Under the pieces are notes generated by a model. That model ran no database searches. It saw only the letters and a program-made list of their open reading frames with translations, and was not told the DNA's origin. DNA of 64,000 bases from Octopus vulgaris (lineage: Eukaryota): assembly GCA_951406725.2 (NCBI GenBank), contig OX597838.1, positions 27,776,001 to 27,840,000 of the forward strand, written 5' to 3'. Position numbers and translations under genes: made by a program. Position 1 is the stretch's first letter. Each line of letters begins with the position of its first letter. Shown in pieces: positions 14,001-27,900 of this stretch.

Positions 14001-14843
14001 CAGCTGGCAGGCTTCCTTGCAGTTTCCATCTACTCAGTCTCACTCACAAAGCTTGGGTTAGCCTGAGGCTATGGCAGCAGAGACCCTTGCACAAAATGAC
14101 ATGCGGTGAGATTGAACCCTGGGTCTCTTGATTATGAAGTGGACCACTTCCTTACTACATAGCAATAAGTTTAATTAACAGTGATCAGAATGCTGGGGTT
14201 TCACCAATACATGAATCACTTACCTATAGACTGTTTGTCCAAAATAACCCTGTTATATGTCCGGGCGTGACCCACATACTTACGCAGTTATCAGTGATAG
14301 AATAATTGGTGCAACGCTGTAAAACTGCACATCATTCGCTAAGTACCAAGTCCAACTCATGCACTAAAAACAGAGAAGTGGTGATGATGTAAGAGAGACA
14401 AAATGGTGAACAGCGAAAATAGGAAAAATTACAATTTACAAATCAAAAAATGTGGAAATAGAAATGTTCTACTTTTATTGTGTGGTCCAATTCAATGAAC
14501 AAAGTAACACAAAAATATTCTTAGTTTCATATTTGGTAATTATAAAAACAAAACGAAACAAAAAAGAATCGGCCGAAGTTCCAGTCTGGCCGGTCGCTCA
14601 GTCAAGAAACCCTCTTGCAGACCGATGGCACTTACCATTTCTTCTATTTTATACATATTGTTCAAATATATGAGATTTGACCACCACTTCTCCCGACAAG
14701 CTGTTTCAATGCTCAAATCGTTAAAAGGACCTTGAAACATGTAGGGCATCAGACATGTCACGAAAATGAGAATTATTGCATAATATGGGGTCAACCTGGA
14801 AATACAAAGACAAAGATATATACATACATACATACATACATAC

Positions 14844-14890
<47 letters not shown>

Positions 14891-15437
14891 AGTAATTGAA
14901 TGAATTATCTTATTAAGGATAATTCGAAAGATAACCGATACCTGGGTAGCAAATTCACATCAGAAAAAACACGGTTGAAGCTACGTCCCTAGGGCATAGA
15001 CTACGTGTCTTCATGCGGAAATTTGTATGTTTATTTTAAAATTATAAGTATATGAAAGAATGGAGTTGAACGACTAGTTAACAAATATCCTTTATTCTCG
15101 ACATATGTTTTGAAGGCTGCATATTCCTAATTCCGAAGGAATAAGGAGTACATTATGCAGATTTCTCGTCAGGAAAATCAAGGAAACTTATGTCGACATC
15201 AAAATGCACAAAAAACTTTTAGCTGACCGCTCTTAAGGAGCCCATGGTGATAATCTTGGGAGCGGTCAGCTAAAAGTTTTTTGTACATTTTGATGTCGAC
15301 ATAAGTTTCCTTGATTTTCCTGAAGAGAAATCTGCATAATGTACTCCTTATTCCTTCGGAATTAGGAATATGCAGCCTTCAAACATATGTCGAAAATAAA
15401 GGATATTTGTTAACTAGTCGTTCAACTCCATTCTTTC

Positions 15438-15475
<38 letters not shown>

Positions 15476-16009
15476 ATAATGGAGAAACAGTACAAAATGT
15501 TTAAATGGATGATGAGTAAAGCACCGGCACAGTTTTGATTACCTGTTGTTATATTCTTTTTACTCTTTTACTTGTTTCAGTCATGTGACTGCAGCCAAGC
15601 TGGAGCACCGCCTTTAGTCGATCAAATCGGCCCCAGGACTTATTCTTTGTAAGCCTAGTACTTATTTTATCGGTCTCTTTTTTGCCGAACCGCTAAGTTA
15701 CGGGGACGTAAACACACCAGCATCGGTTGTCAAGCGATGTTGGGGAAACAAACACAGACATACAAACACGCACATACATATATGATTTTCCAGTTTCAGC
15801 TAATGAGCTGTGGCCATGCTGGGACACCGCCATATATGTATATATATATACATATATACGACGGGCTTCTTTCAGTTTCCGTCTACCAAATCCACTCACA
15901 AGGCTTCGGTTGGCCCGAGGCTATAGTAGAAGACACTCGCCCAAGGTGCCACGCAGTGGGACTGAGATTTATTGCAGGAACTTCGTAGTGGCACTTGGGG
16001 TAAGAGTAT

Positions 16010-16053
<44 letters not shown>

Positions 16054-19000
16054 CTCTTTTTACTCTTTTATTTGTTTCAGTCATTTGACTGCGGCCATGC
16101 TGGAGCACCGCCTTTAGTCAAGCAAATCGACCCCCGGACTTATTCTTTGTAAGCCCAGTACTTATTCTATTGATCTCTTTTGCTGAACCACTAAGTGACG
16201 GGGACGTAAACACACCAGCATCAGTTGTCAAGCAATGCTAGGGGGACAAACACAGACACACAAACACACACACATACATATATATATGTATACATATATA
16301 CGACAGGCTTCTTTCAGTTTCCGTCTACCAAATCCACTCACAAGGCATTGATCGGCCCGGGGCTATAGCAGAAGACACTTGCCCAAGATGTCACGCAGTG
16401 GGACTGAACCCGGAACCATGTGGTTGGTTAGCAAGCTACTTACCACACAGCCACTCCTGCGCCTATATACATACACACACACATTTACACGGTCTGATCA
16501 ATAAGTATCCGGACTGTAGCCATAGTAACAAAGCTAAAGTACATAGTATGAAGTTGCTTGGCAAAGATTGACTTTGAACTCTGCAGTGCATGTGCACTTA
16601 GTTTTAACATTCTAGTTCACCTCCACTGTTTATGGAAAGTAAACACGTTAATTATCTCATATATGTCAGTTAAATGGGTTTGAATATATCATCACAAAAC
16701 GCACGTCGTCGTTTTAATGTGTATTATTTATTATAGTAATTTTTAGTATAATATTAACAATAAGTTACCCCAACCGCAGAACGGGGCGCCACTGCATGGT
16801 GCCAAAGATTCCAACATCACCATCAAAATACAGGACCAGATACTGCAACAGCTTGGGTTTCAGAGGACCACAGCTCTTTAACATCCTCCCTAAATGCCTA
16901 AGAGACTTACATGGTGTGGATGTGGGTTTCTTTAAAACTAAACTGGATCTTTTCTTGCCGGGAGTCCCAGATGAACCTACCTCACAACAGGAGACGCAGA
17001 TGCGGGCAGCAGCATCGAACTCCCAGGACCAGATGCTGCAACAGCTTGGGTTTCAGAGGACCACAGCTCTTTAACATCCTCCCTAAATGCCTAAGAGACT
17101 TACATGGCATGGATGTGGGTTTCTTTAAAACTAAACTGGATCTTTTCTTGCCGGGAGTCCCAGATGAACCTACCTCACAACAGGAGACGCAGATGCGGGC
17201 AGCAGCATCGAACTCCCAGGACCAAATGCTGCAACAGCTTGGGTTTCAGAGGACCACAGCTCTTTAACATCCTCCCTAAATGCCTAAGAGACTTACATGG
17301 CATGGATGTGGATTTCTTTAAAACTAAACTGGATCTCTTCTTGTCGGGAGTCCCAGATGAACCTACCTCACGACAGGAGACGCAGATGCGGGCAGCAGCA
17401 TCGAACTCCCTTGTTGATCAAGCGCCACGTATCAGAGGTGGATTCACATATTAGTGTAGCTCATTCAGCGGTGGTGCCCCAGCATGGCCGCAGCCTTCGG
17501 GCTAAAACATTTTTAAGGCTTTAAGGATTTATATTTAAATTTATATTTTATTATAGATATCTTTCATTATTGGTTGAATGACAACGTGAGAGTAAAGGAA
17601 CAAGAGTGAGGAAGAGAGAGGGACAGAGAGAGAACAGTGAAGGGGAAAGGAATATATATTTATTACACACATGTGAGTGAGAACACTTTGAGATATTTTT
17701 GGTATCTAACATATGTCAGATACTGCGAGCACTGCTTCTGATTGGTCAATCCATGGTGATGACCCGAGGTCACGGTGACAGCGCTGCTTCTGATTGGTCA
17801 ATCCATGGTGATGACCTGAGGTCACAGTGATGGCACTACTTTTGTCATTCATAAGTGAGGAATTTAGTTATTGGGTTAATAAAATATGGTCATTTATTCG
17901 TGTGTAATAAATAAAATACCAAACTCATTCCCTATGGATACCGTATTTATTACAACTCGTGGCTTGTAAACGTATCTAACTCGCTTTCGCTCGTTAGATA
18001 CGTTTACAAGCCACTCGTTGTAATAAACACGGTATCCATAGGGAACTCGTTTGGTATTCTCTATATATCAATTTTTTTACAGGTGATTCAAATTTGACAA
18101 CTGTCAGACAAGAAATGCTGCTTACCTCAGAAAACGCGTTAGGTATATCTTAAAGATATGCTTGAGTCCATTTTCACCCCGTGAATAGAAATTATCAATG
18201 AAGGAATATGTCAAGAGGGTACCACTGGAAAATAACATAAACATAGAGAAAAATTCAGGAGATTCATTTTTCACACTGGGAGTGTGTGTGTGTGTGTGTG
18301 TGTGTATGTATGAGAGGTATTGGTATCCAGAAGACCGAAGGTGGCAGGTAACACTATGTAAGTGCTATGGAAGGACCGTAGTTAAAGTCTCGGTTCAATA
18401 ATGATACGAGTGAGGAGTCTGATGTAGGTTTGATGCCATTTGCCAGGGAGACTCCTTTGGTCAGCATGCCCCACATCTCTGCTTTGATGGTGTCCCACAA
18501 TCTCTGCAGCAGAGAAGCATAATATATCCCATTCATTGTGGTGCCGTTTGCCAGAAAAATCCATCATCACTACTCTGTGCTGGTCCCAAAAGACTGTGAG
18601 CATCAACTTTCCTGCTGAGGGTTAGACATGAGCTTTCTCTGGAAGTGATGAGTTATCATGCTTCCATTGCTTCAACTACACTTTAGTCTCAGGGTCATAG
18701 TGATAGACTCACATTTCATTCTGTGTGATAAGTTTGCCAAAAAAGTCCTCCTCATTTTCTTGGCATATTGCCAAAAGAGCCTGGGATCAATTGACTTGTT
18801 CCTGCTTCTAAAAAGGTATGAGCATCTGAGAAATCCACTGTGCAGACAACTTCTGCACGTGCAAATGGTCATGAATGATTTTTTTGCACAGACCCAACAC
18901 TTATCTTCACTTCATGGGTTAGTTACTGAATTGTTATGTGGTAAACATCCAAAATGGTGGCTTCCACATTATGGATGGTGTCGTCATCAATGACAGAATG

Positions 19001-21045
19001 TGGTCATCCAGGAATAGGAACAGTTTCCACTGATGTCCGACCACATTTGAACTAGCAATGCCAGTGCTTGACTACATCATATGATGGTGCATCTTCACCA
19101 TAAAATGCTTTCATCTCATCGAAAGTCTCTTTTGGTGTGTGACCTGTCAAGTATAAGAACCTGATCACTGATCTGCATCCAATTGCCTCCATTATAACAC
19201 CTTAGTCCACTTCAGCAGCCAAAAAAAAAGACAGACAAATACTAGTAGAAAGCTGCAATTTGCAATGTGACATGTAAAGATATATATAATTATACCTGTA
19301 CAAATTCTGTTTCCTGCAATAACCGGAAGTGGGTCAGGGGAAATCTTTAATGAACACATGTGTATTTAATGACCTATATATTTGTTTGTTCCTTCTCGAG
19401 CCATGCCTGGCTCATTAGGGCTGGTTTCCCGGTTTTCTTGGCATATAGGTTCCCCACCTGGATGAGACACCAGTCCGTCGTAGGTGAGTTGCAAGGTGCA
19501 GAAGGAAAGAGGGAGAGAAAGTTGTGGCAAAAAAGTCAGCAGAAGTTTGCCATTACCTTCTGCCAGAGCCACGTGGAGCTTAGGTATTTTACTCATAAAC
19601 ACATACATCGCCAGGTCTGAGATTCGAACCCGTGATCCCTCGACTGCAAATCTACAGTGAGTCCACTGCTCTAACCACTAGGCCATGTGCCTCCACACGA
19701 CCTATATATTTAATGAACACATATGTATTAAAATTTAATTTTCATTCTTGCTTAAAGCATAATAACAATATATCTCACGCAGAATGTGTGTGTGTGTATA
19801 TATATATATCTACACACACACACACATATATATATTACGTCATATGTAAACAAACATAAGTTTGTTTTTGAAGCATTGAAATGTATTGTAGAACAACTAG
19901 AAAGATATACCATAAATCTTCGAGTATAGTCCACCCTTGAGTATAATATGCAGGGGATTTTTAGGGGGCTGTACTTCTGAAAAACCTAAACTTTGTGTAT
20001 AATACACACCCCTTCTCTAACTTGAGTTGTGCGTAATTAAGCCAGCAGCACCTAGTTGAACAAACACTTCCGCGAATGCCTAATACAATAATGGTGATGT
20101 TCTTAACTGTTATATGGGAATGTAAATATGTTTGCAAATTGTTTTTGTTACATGTTATTCTGTGTTCTGAATACTTTTATTTTAATAAATGTTGCTTACT
20201 GCAAGTTATGGATGATTCTTTTATGACTTCATTGCTTTCAGGCTTAGCTTAAGGTATTTTCGCGCCTGACATCACGAAATGCGTCTGAATAAACATTGCC
20301 GGACAGCAAATAGAGACTCGGACATTGCTTAGAAAATATTTTTCATTTTTATCCTTGTGTATAGTATGCACTAGGGTATTTGACCTTTAAATTTTGGGAA
20401 AAAATTCAGATTATACTCAAGGATTTACGATATTTTTTTCTTATACATTTCTGCATGACTTTATAACTTCTAAATTTGCTGGTCAGCAGTTTAGCTTAAA
20501 GGGTAGAGCACTCCAACCGGATATTGGAGAAGTGTGAGTTGAATCCTCATGCCTGGTTACCGGCAAATTTTTCTGCTCATATCCTTCATATAATTATTAA
20601 CCATCTTACAAACAATAACTCTGAGCACCTTTTCAAACTCCACCCGTCTAACACCCGTGGACATATTTGCAAAGTCAGAAAACAGCACAGCTCCCATGAC
20701 TTTTGGAAACATTTTTTCATGCAGAGAGTTGCTGAAGCATGGAACAAACTGCCAGCATCAGTTGTTAGTTGTCGGAGCACTGCATCCTTCAAAACTTCCA
20801 TGCTTTCTGAGATTCGCCAACACTACACCTGATTTTCTCCCCTCCATATACACACACGCATGTATCTGACTCATACATTTTTCGCTTTCCAGACATTTGT
20901 ACATTACTGCATATACTTTATACACACTTTCTGACAAGTTGTGGTGCACCTGAGCACTGATTACAATAATTTCATTATTATTATTATTATTATTATATAT
21001 ACTGTTCAGTATTTACATGTTGAAAAAAATATATCTTTCTACTTG

Positions 21046-21082
<37 letters not shown>

Positions 21083-21943
21083 GCTTCAAGCAAGAAAGGA
21101 AATAAAGAAAAAAAGTCATAAACAAGAATTGCTTGATTACAGAAAGCAAGGAAACAAAAATGAGCCTACCTGAGTAAAAAGAATGTATCTGCTGCAAAAG
21201 TGGCTGAGAAAACTGCTTGGAATGTAAATCTTTGGGCAATGGGTATGGCACTCATCGGGTTTTCTGTGACAGAATATGAAAACAGTAGAATAGTATTGGT
21301 TTCAAATTTTGACACCAGGCCAGCAATTTAGGGGAGGGGAAAAGTTGATTAATTGACCCCCAGTATTCCACTGGTACTTATTTTATCAACCTCAAGAAGG
21401 TGAAAGACAAAGTCAATCGAGATTGTATGTATGTATGTATGTATGTATGTAGGAGAAGGTAACTCAGGTAAACGGGATAACTCTGACATAAAACCTGCGG
21501 CTCAGTGGTTACCGATGATGTTGACTTGTTCTTCTTTTCGGATTATGGCTGCCGTTGCTTAGTGAGTGGGATTGACTCAGTGCACAGCCTTTCCTCACTT
21601 TAAAAAAAAAAATCTTCTTGCACAGACATTGCACGATAACAACATTGATTAAGCTTCGTGCAATGGCGATAGCGAGGGGGCAGCCACCACCATGTATGTA
21701 TGCCCTTTTAAAGCCTAGCCAGGCTCATGGGCCCGGTTTCCCGGTTTCAATGGCGTATGCGTTTCCCAGCTGGACGGGACGCCAGTCCATCACAGCATTA
21801 CTTACTTTTGCCAGCTGAGTGGACTGGAGCAACATGAAATGAAGTGTTTTGCTCAAGAACACAACGCGTCGCCCGGTCCAGGAATCAAAACCACAATTTT
21901 ACGACCATGATACTGAAACCCTAACCACTATGCCACACGCCTC

Positions 21944-21982
<39 letters not shown>

Positions 21983-24423
21983 TTTGAATACAAACACATA
22001 TTGCCTATAACAAACAAGAGAAAATGTATTCACTACACAGTACAGTGTATCAATACATTGATTTGTCTGATGGTATTTATTATTAAATTAAAAGAATTAA
22101 TCAGCTGATACAATGTTCTTCCATGAAAAAAAAATGCTCCATTCTCCAAGATAGTGACAAACAGGAACATCGCCACGTTAGTTAATTTCATTGGCTAACA
22201 TAGACCATGTGACTCATAAGACATGGTATTCTACAACTGAGGAAAGACTTTAAGGGGAGACAACTTGGTTTGATTCGGTGGCAAAAATTGTGGGACAACA
22301 ATTATTTGAGTAGCAAAAGTAATTTTTATTTCACTTCATAATGAAATTATCCATGTAAGTTCTTTGATAATCCTACGAGAAATAACAGCCGACTATTAAA
22401 ATGTGAAGGACATATTAGGTATTGTTGTCGTAGAACTCTAAAACAAAGTCAGATGGTCATGGAAGGACAACTTGTAACCATGTGACTGCTCAATACATGC
22501 TGACATGAGGTAACATGAGGCTAAAGGACAACAAAAGACAGCTGGGCAATCAGGTAGCCAAAAATGGAGTCGTAACACCAGGTAACTAGATAGCCAGGTA
22601 GCCAGATAGCCAGGTTGCCAGAGAGCCAAGTTACCAAGCAGCTAGGTGGCCAGATAGCCAGTAGCCAGATAGCCAAGTTACCAAGCAACTAGGTGGCCAG
22701 AAAGCCAGGTAGCCAGATAGCCAGGTTGCCAGAGAGCCAAGTTACCAAGCAGCTAGGTGGCCAGAAAGCCAGTAGCCAGATAGCCAGGTTGCCAGAGAGC
22801 CAAGTTACCAAGCAGCTAGGTGGCCAGAAAGCCAGTAGCCAGATAGCCAAGTTACCAAGCAGCTAGGTGGCCAGAAAGCCAGGTAACCAGATAGCCAGGT
22901 TGCCAGAGAGCCAAGTTACCAAGCAGCTAGGTGGCTAGAAAGCCAGTAGCCAGATAGCCAGGTTGCCAGATAGCCAAGTTACCAAGCAGCTAGGTGGCCA
23001 GAAAGCCAGTAGCCAGATAGCCAAGTTACCAAGCAGCTAGGTGGCCAGAAAGCCAGGTAACCAGATAGCCAGGTTGCCAGAGAGCCAAGTTACCAAGCAG
23101 CTAGGTGGCCAGAAAGCCAGTAGCCAGATAGCCAAGTTGCAAGAGAGCCAAGTTACCAAGCAACTAGGTGGCCAGAAAGCCAGTAGCCAGAGAGCCAGGT
23201 TGCCAGACAGCCAAGTTACCAAGCAGTTAGGTGGCCAGAAAGCCAGTAGCTAGATAGCCAGCTTGCCAGATAGCCAAGTTATCAAGCAGCTAGGTGGCCA
23301 GAGAGCCAGTAGCCAGATAGCCAGCTTGCCAGAGAGCCAAGTTACCAAGCAACTAGGTGGCCAGAAAGCCAGGTAGCCAGATAGCCAGGTTGCAAGAGAG
23401 CTAAGTTACCAAGCAGCTAGGTGGCTAGAAAGCCAGTAGCCAGATAGCCAGGTTGCCAGATAGCCAAGTTACCAAGCAGCTAGGTGGCCAGAAAGCCAGT
23501 AGCCAGATAGCCAAGTTACCAAGCAGCTAGGTGGCCAGAAAGCCAGGTAACCAGATAGCCAGGTTGCCAGAGAGCCAAGTTACCAAGCAGCTAGGTGGCC
23601 AGAAAGCCAGTAGCCAGATAGCCAAGTTACAAGAGAGCCAAGTTACCAAGCAACTAGGTGGCCAGAAAGCCAGTAGCCAGAGAGCCAGGTTGCCAGACAG
23701 CCAAGTTACCAAGCAGTTAGGTGGCCAGAAAGCCAGTAGCTAGATAGCCAGCTTGCCAGATAGCCAAGTTATCAAGCAGCTAGGTGGCCAGAGAGCCAGT
23801 AGCCAGATAGCCAGCTTGCCAGAGAGCCAAGTTACCAAGCAACTAGGTGGCCAGAAAGCCAGGTAGCCAGATAGCCAGGTTGCAAGAGAGCTAAGTTACC
23901 AAGCAGCTAGGTGGCCAGAAAGCCAGGTTGCCAGATAGCCAGGTTGCCAGATAGCCAGGTTGCCAGAGAGCCAAGTTACCAAGCAGCTAGGTGGCCAGAA
24001 AGCCAGGTTGCCAGATAGCCAGGTTGCCAGAGAGCTAAGTTACCAAGCAGCTAGGTGGCCAGAAAGCCAGGTAGCCAGACAGCCAGGTTGCCAGATAGCC
24101 AAGTAACCAAGCAGCTAGGTGGTCAGAAAGCCAGGGAGTCAGATAGCCAGGTTGCCAGACAGATGGACAGAGAAAAACCAATATACTTACTGATTTCATC
24201 ATTCATTCCCAAAAGATATGTGTGAGCTAAAATGATCCAAACCATACTTAGGAATCGGATGCCATTCAATGAAGAAAGCATTTCAACTGAATGCGTGCAA
24301 GTCAAAATCTTGTTTGCGTTCCTTTTCAATGAGAAAGCGAGCAGGAAACTTCCTAAAATTTCCTCTGAAACGATAAAATAAACACGAAATAAAACAAAAG
24401 CATGGCAATAATAATAATAATAA

Positions 24424-24471
<48 letters not shown>

Positions 24472-24887
24472 CCTACCAAAAAATGAGCAAATATAAAGAT
24501 CTTGAAATAGAAATCAAGCAAAATGTGGAACCTGAAGACTAAAACAATACCTGTTGTCATAGGTGCCTTGGGAATGATAGCAAAAGGGGCTGATTGCTAC
24601 CTAACTCAGATACCAGGAAACCCCAAAATAGCAGAAATTCAAAAGATAGTGCTCATGGGAACAGTTCATATCCTGCACAAAATACTTTCTATGTAATCTC
24701 AAGTTTTAAAACAAACATAATTTTCTTATGGTTTCTTAGACATTCACTAGTACAACACTAAGTACAGAACCAAATATATGACACCCTAGGCATAACACCA
24801 ACATGAACTTCCAGCTTGTTGTCTCTTGAGGTCTCTGGGTGAGACTTGGATCCAACTTGTACAAATGTAAAGCAAAAGTCAAACATA

Positions 24888-24937
<50 letters not shown>

Positions 24938-27900
24938 GTTTCAATATTGTTAACTGGTCAATTACTGAAATATGTCAGCTCGACAGAAAAATAAGGAAAC
25001 TGTTGACAATGCATAGAATGCACCACCCTAAGGCAGATACAGAACAACTCTATCTGCCAAGAAAAGAGGGAGGCCGTGGTCTTTTGCAACTGGCAATAAC
25101 AATGAAGATTGCTACAATTGGCCTAGACACCTACCTGAAAAACTCTGAGGACTGGATGTTAAAACTTGTCTCAAAACATGAAAACAAGAAAGCATCATAC
25201 TCAGTCACAAAACAGGCAAAGGAATATCTAAGTGAATTCCGAATACAACCAATCTCGGAATTAGAGATAGATATACAAGAAACAAGCACAGAAAAAGCTA
25301 GGCGCATGAAAACCCGTGCCAAAACTGCGGCCTTAGATATTCTGAATAATAAATTGCAAGAAAAACCTCTCTATGGCAAATACCCAAAGAGAGCGAATAA
25401 TGCAGATATCGACAAAGCCCTGACCCATCAATGGCTAATGGCCTCTGGCTTAAAATCTGAAACAGAGGGATTTATCATAGCAGCTCAAGATCAATGCCTA
25501 CCAACAAGAAACTACCAGGCCAACATATTAAAGAACGGCAGTAGCCCAACATGTCGTGTATGCCGACAACAAAATGAAACCATTGACCATGTTGTCTCCA
25601 AATGCAGTCTTCTAGCGCCTACAGAGTACCTCAGTAGGCATGATAGAGCTGCACAATATATTCACTGGGTAATTTGCAAAAACCTGGATTTGCCCCATGA
25701 AAAAAACTGGTGGGAACACAATCCACCTCCTGTGCTTGAAAATGACCACATCTCACTCCTCTGGAACTTCACCATTCAAACTGACAGGAAGATAGATGCA
25801 AATAGGCCAGACATTATATTGAAAGACTTCAGACAAAGAACATGCCTCCTCATTGATATGACTGTCCCAATCGATATAAACGTATCTGTCAAGACCTACC
25901 AAAAACTGAGCAAATATAAAGATCTTTAAATAGAAATCAGCAAAATGTGGAAGCTGAAGACTAAAACAATACCTGTTGTCATAGGTGCCCTGGGAATGAT
26001 AGCGAAAGGGACTGATTGCTACCTAACTCAGATACCAGGAAACCCCAAAATGGCAGAAATTCAAAAGATAGTGCTCATGGGAACTGCTCATATCCTACGC
26101 AAAATACTCTCTATGTAATCCCAAGGTTTAAAACAAACTTTTTTTTAAAATTTATTTATTTATTTTATTTTTTTTTTATGTATTAGACATTCACTAGTAC
26201 AACACCAAAAAAAACAAAAAACAAATATATGGCACAGAACTTCTAACCTGTTGTCTCTTGAGGTCTCTGGGTGAGACTTGGAGCCAACTTGTACAGACAT
26301 AAAGCAAAAGTCAAACATAGAATAATAATAATAACAATAATAATAATGATGATGATGATAATAAAGTACCAGGCAGTGGCTCTCATGGTTTCTGATCTTA
26401 ACTGATTTGTACCTATATGCCAGCCCCGCCTCGACTGGCTTCTGTGCCGGTGGCACATAAAAAGCACCATCCGAACGTGGCCGATGCCAGCACCACCTCG
26501 ACTGGCTTCTGTGCCAGTAGCACATAAAAAGCACCAACCGATCGTGGCAGGTGCCAGACCCCTCTGGCACCTGTGCAGGTGGCACATAAAAAGCACCCAC
26601 TACACTCGCGGAGTGGTTGGCGTTAGGAAGGGCATCCAGCTGTAGAAACACTGCCAGATCAGACTGGAGCTTGGTGCAGCCTCCTGGCTTCCCAGACCCC
26701 GGTCGAACCGTCCGACCCGTGCTAGCACGGAAAACGGACGTTAAACGATGATGATGATGATGTGTACATGTATGTATGTTTATATACGTATATATCAAGC
26801 CTGGTTGTGTTTATCTGCATCAGTGTCTCCTTATCAGCTCACATGGATTTCTCTTATAGATACTCTTTACCCAATGAACCTCGTCCTTGATAAAGAATTC
26901 AAAGTTTATGTTCAAATCATTTGAGTACAACTATATGTTTTCTACACTGAGAACTTGTAGTTCTCACCATTTCTCTCTATATATAATTCTATATGGGAGC
27001 GAGATGTGAGCCTTAAATGCAGAGGACATATGGAGGCTAGAGAGGAACAAGGCTAGTATGCTGTGCTGGTTGTGTAATGTAAGTGTACATGTTCAACAAA
27101 GTGTATTGAGAGAGAAGTTGGGCATAAGAGGAAGTAGAGATCAGGTGCAAGAGAGAAGACTGTGCTGGTTTGGTCATCAGGAGAAGATGAATGCTGACAT
27201 CTCCATAAAGAAGTGCCAATCTTTTAAACTAGATGGGACACATCAAAGAGGGAGACCCAGGAAGACATGGAACGAAGTACTGAAGGACGATCTGAAGACA
27301 TTGAACCTTTTGAGATGAGATGACAAAGTACTGAGACACCTGGCACCACACAAATGGCACCTGTGCCAGTGGCATGTAAAAGCAGTTATTACACTCTTGG
27401 AGTGGTTGGTATTAGGAAGGGCACCCAGCCATAGAAAACCATGCCAAATGAGATTGGAGCCTGGTAGAGCCTTCCAGCATGCCAGTCCTGGTTAAACTGT
27501 CCATTCCATGCCAGCATGGACAACGGACGTTAAATAATGGATGATGATTGCTGTACACAAGAAGACCCATCCTTCACAGCAGAAGTAGTTTTCAAGGAGA
27601 TTCAGCATGAGACAGAGTGTGACAAGGCTGGTCCCTTTGAAATACAGGTACAACAGAAACAGGAAGAAAGAGTGAGAGAAAGTTGTGATGAAAGAGTACA
27701 GTAGGGTTGGCCACCACCCCTTGATGGAGCCTCATGGAACTTTAAGTGTTTTCGCTCAATAAACACTCACAATGCCCAGTCTGGGAATCGAAACCGCGAT
27801 CCTAGACCTCGAGTCTAATGCCCTAAGCTCTGGGCCAATTGCGCCTCCACAAATACCAAATATATTAATATGAAAACAAGTTAAAGAAGGAATCCACTTA

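Noticed and set aside
22580-24160. CRISPR-like array or repetitive protein ORFs (23041, 23531)
   Set aside because: There are no unique spacers or cas genes, the context is eukaryotic, and the ORFs are by-products of a satellite.
25003-25929. 308-aa ORF as a host gene
   Set aside because: CCHC and REL motifs, 5' truncation and a downstream nonsense codon identify it as a retrotransposon remnant.
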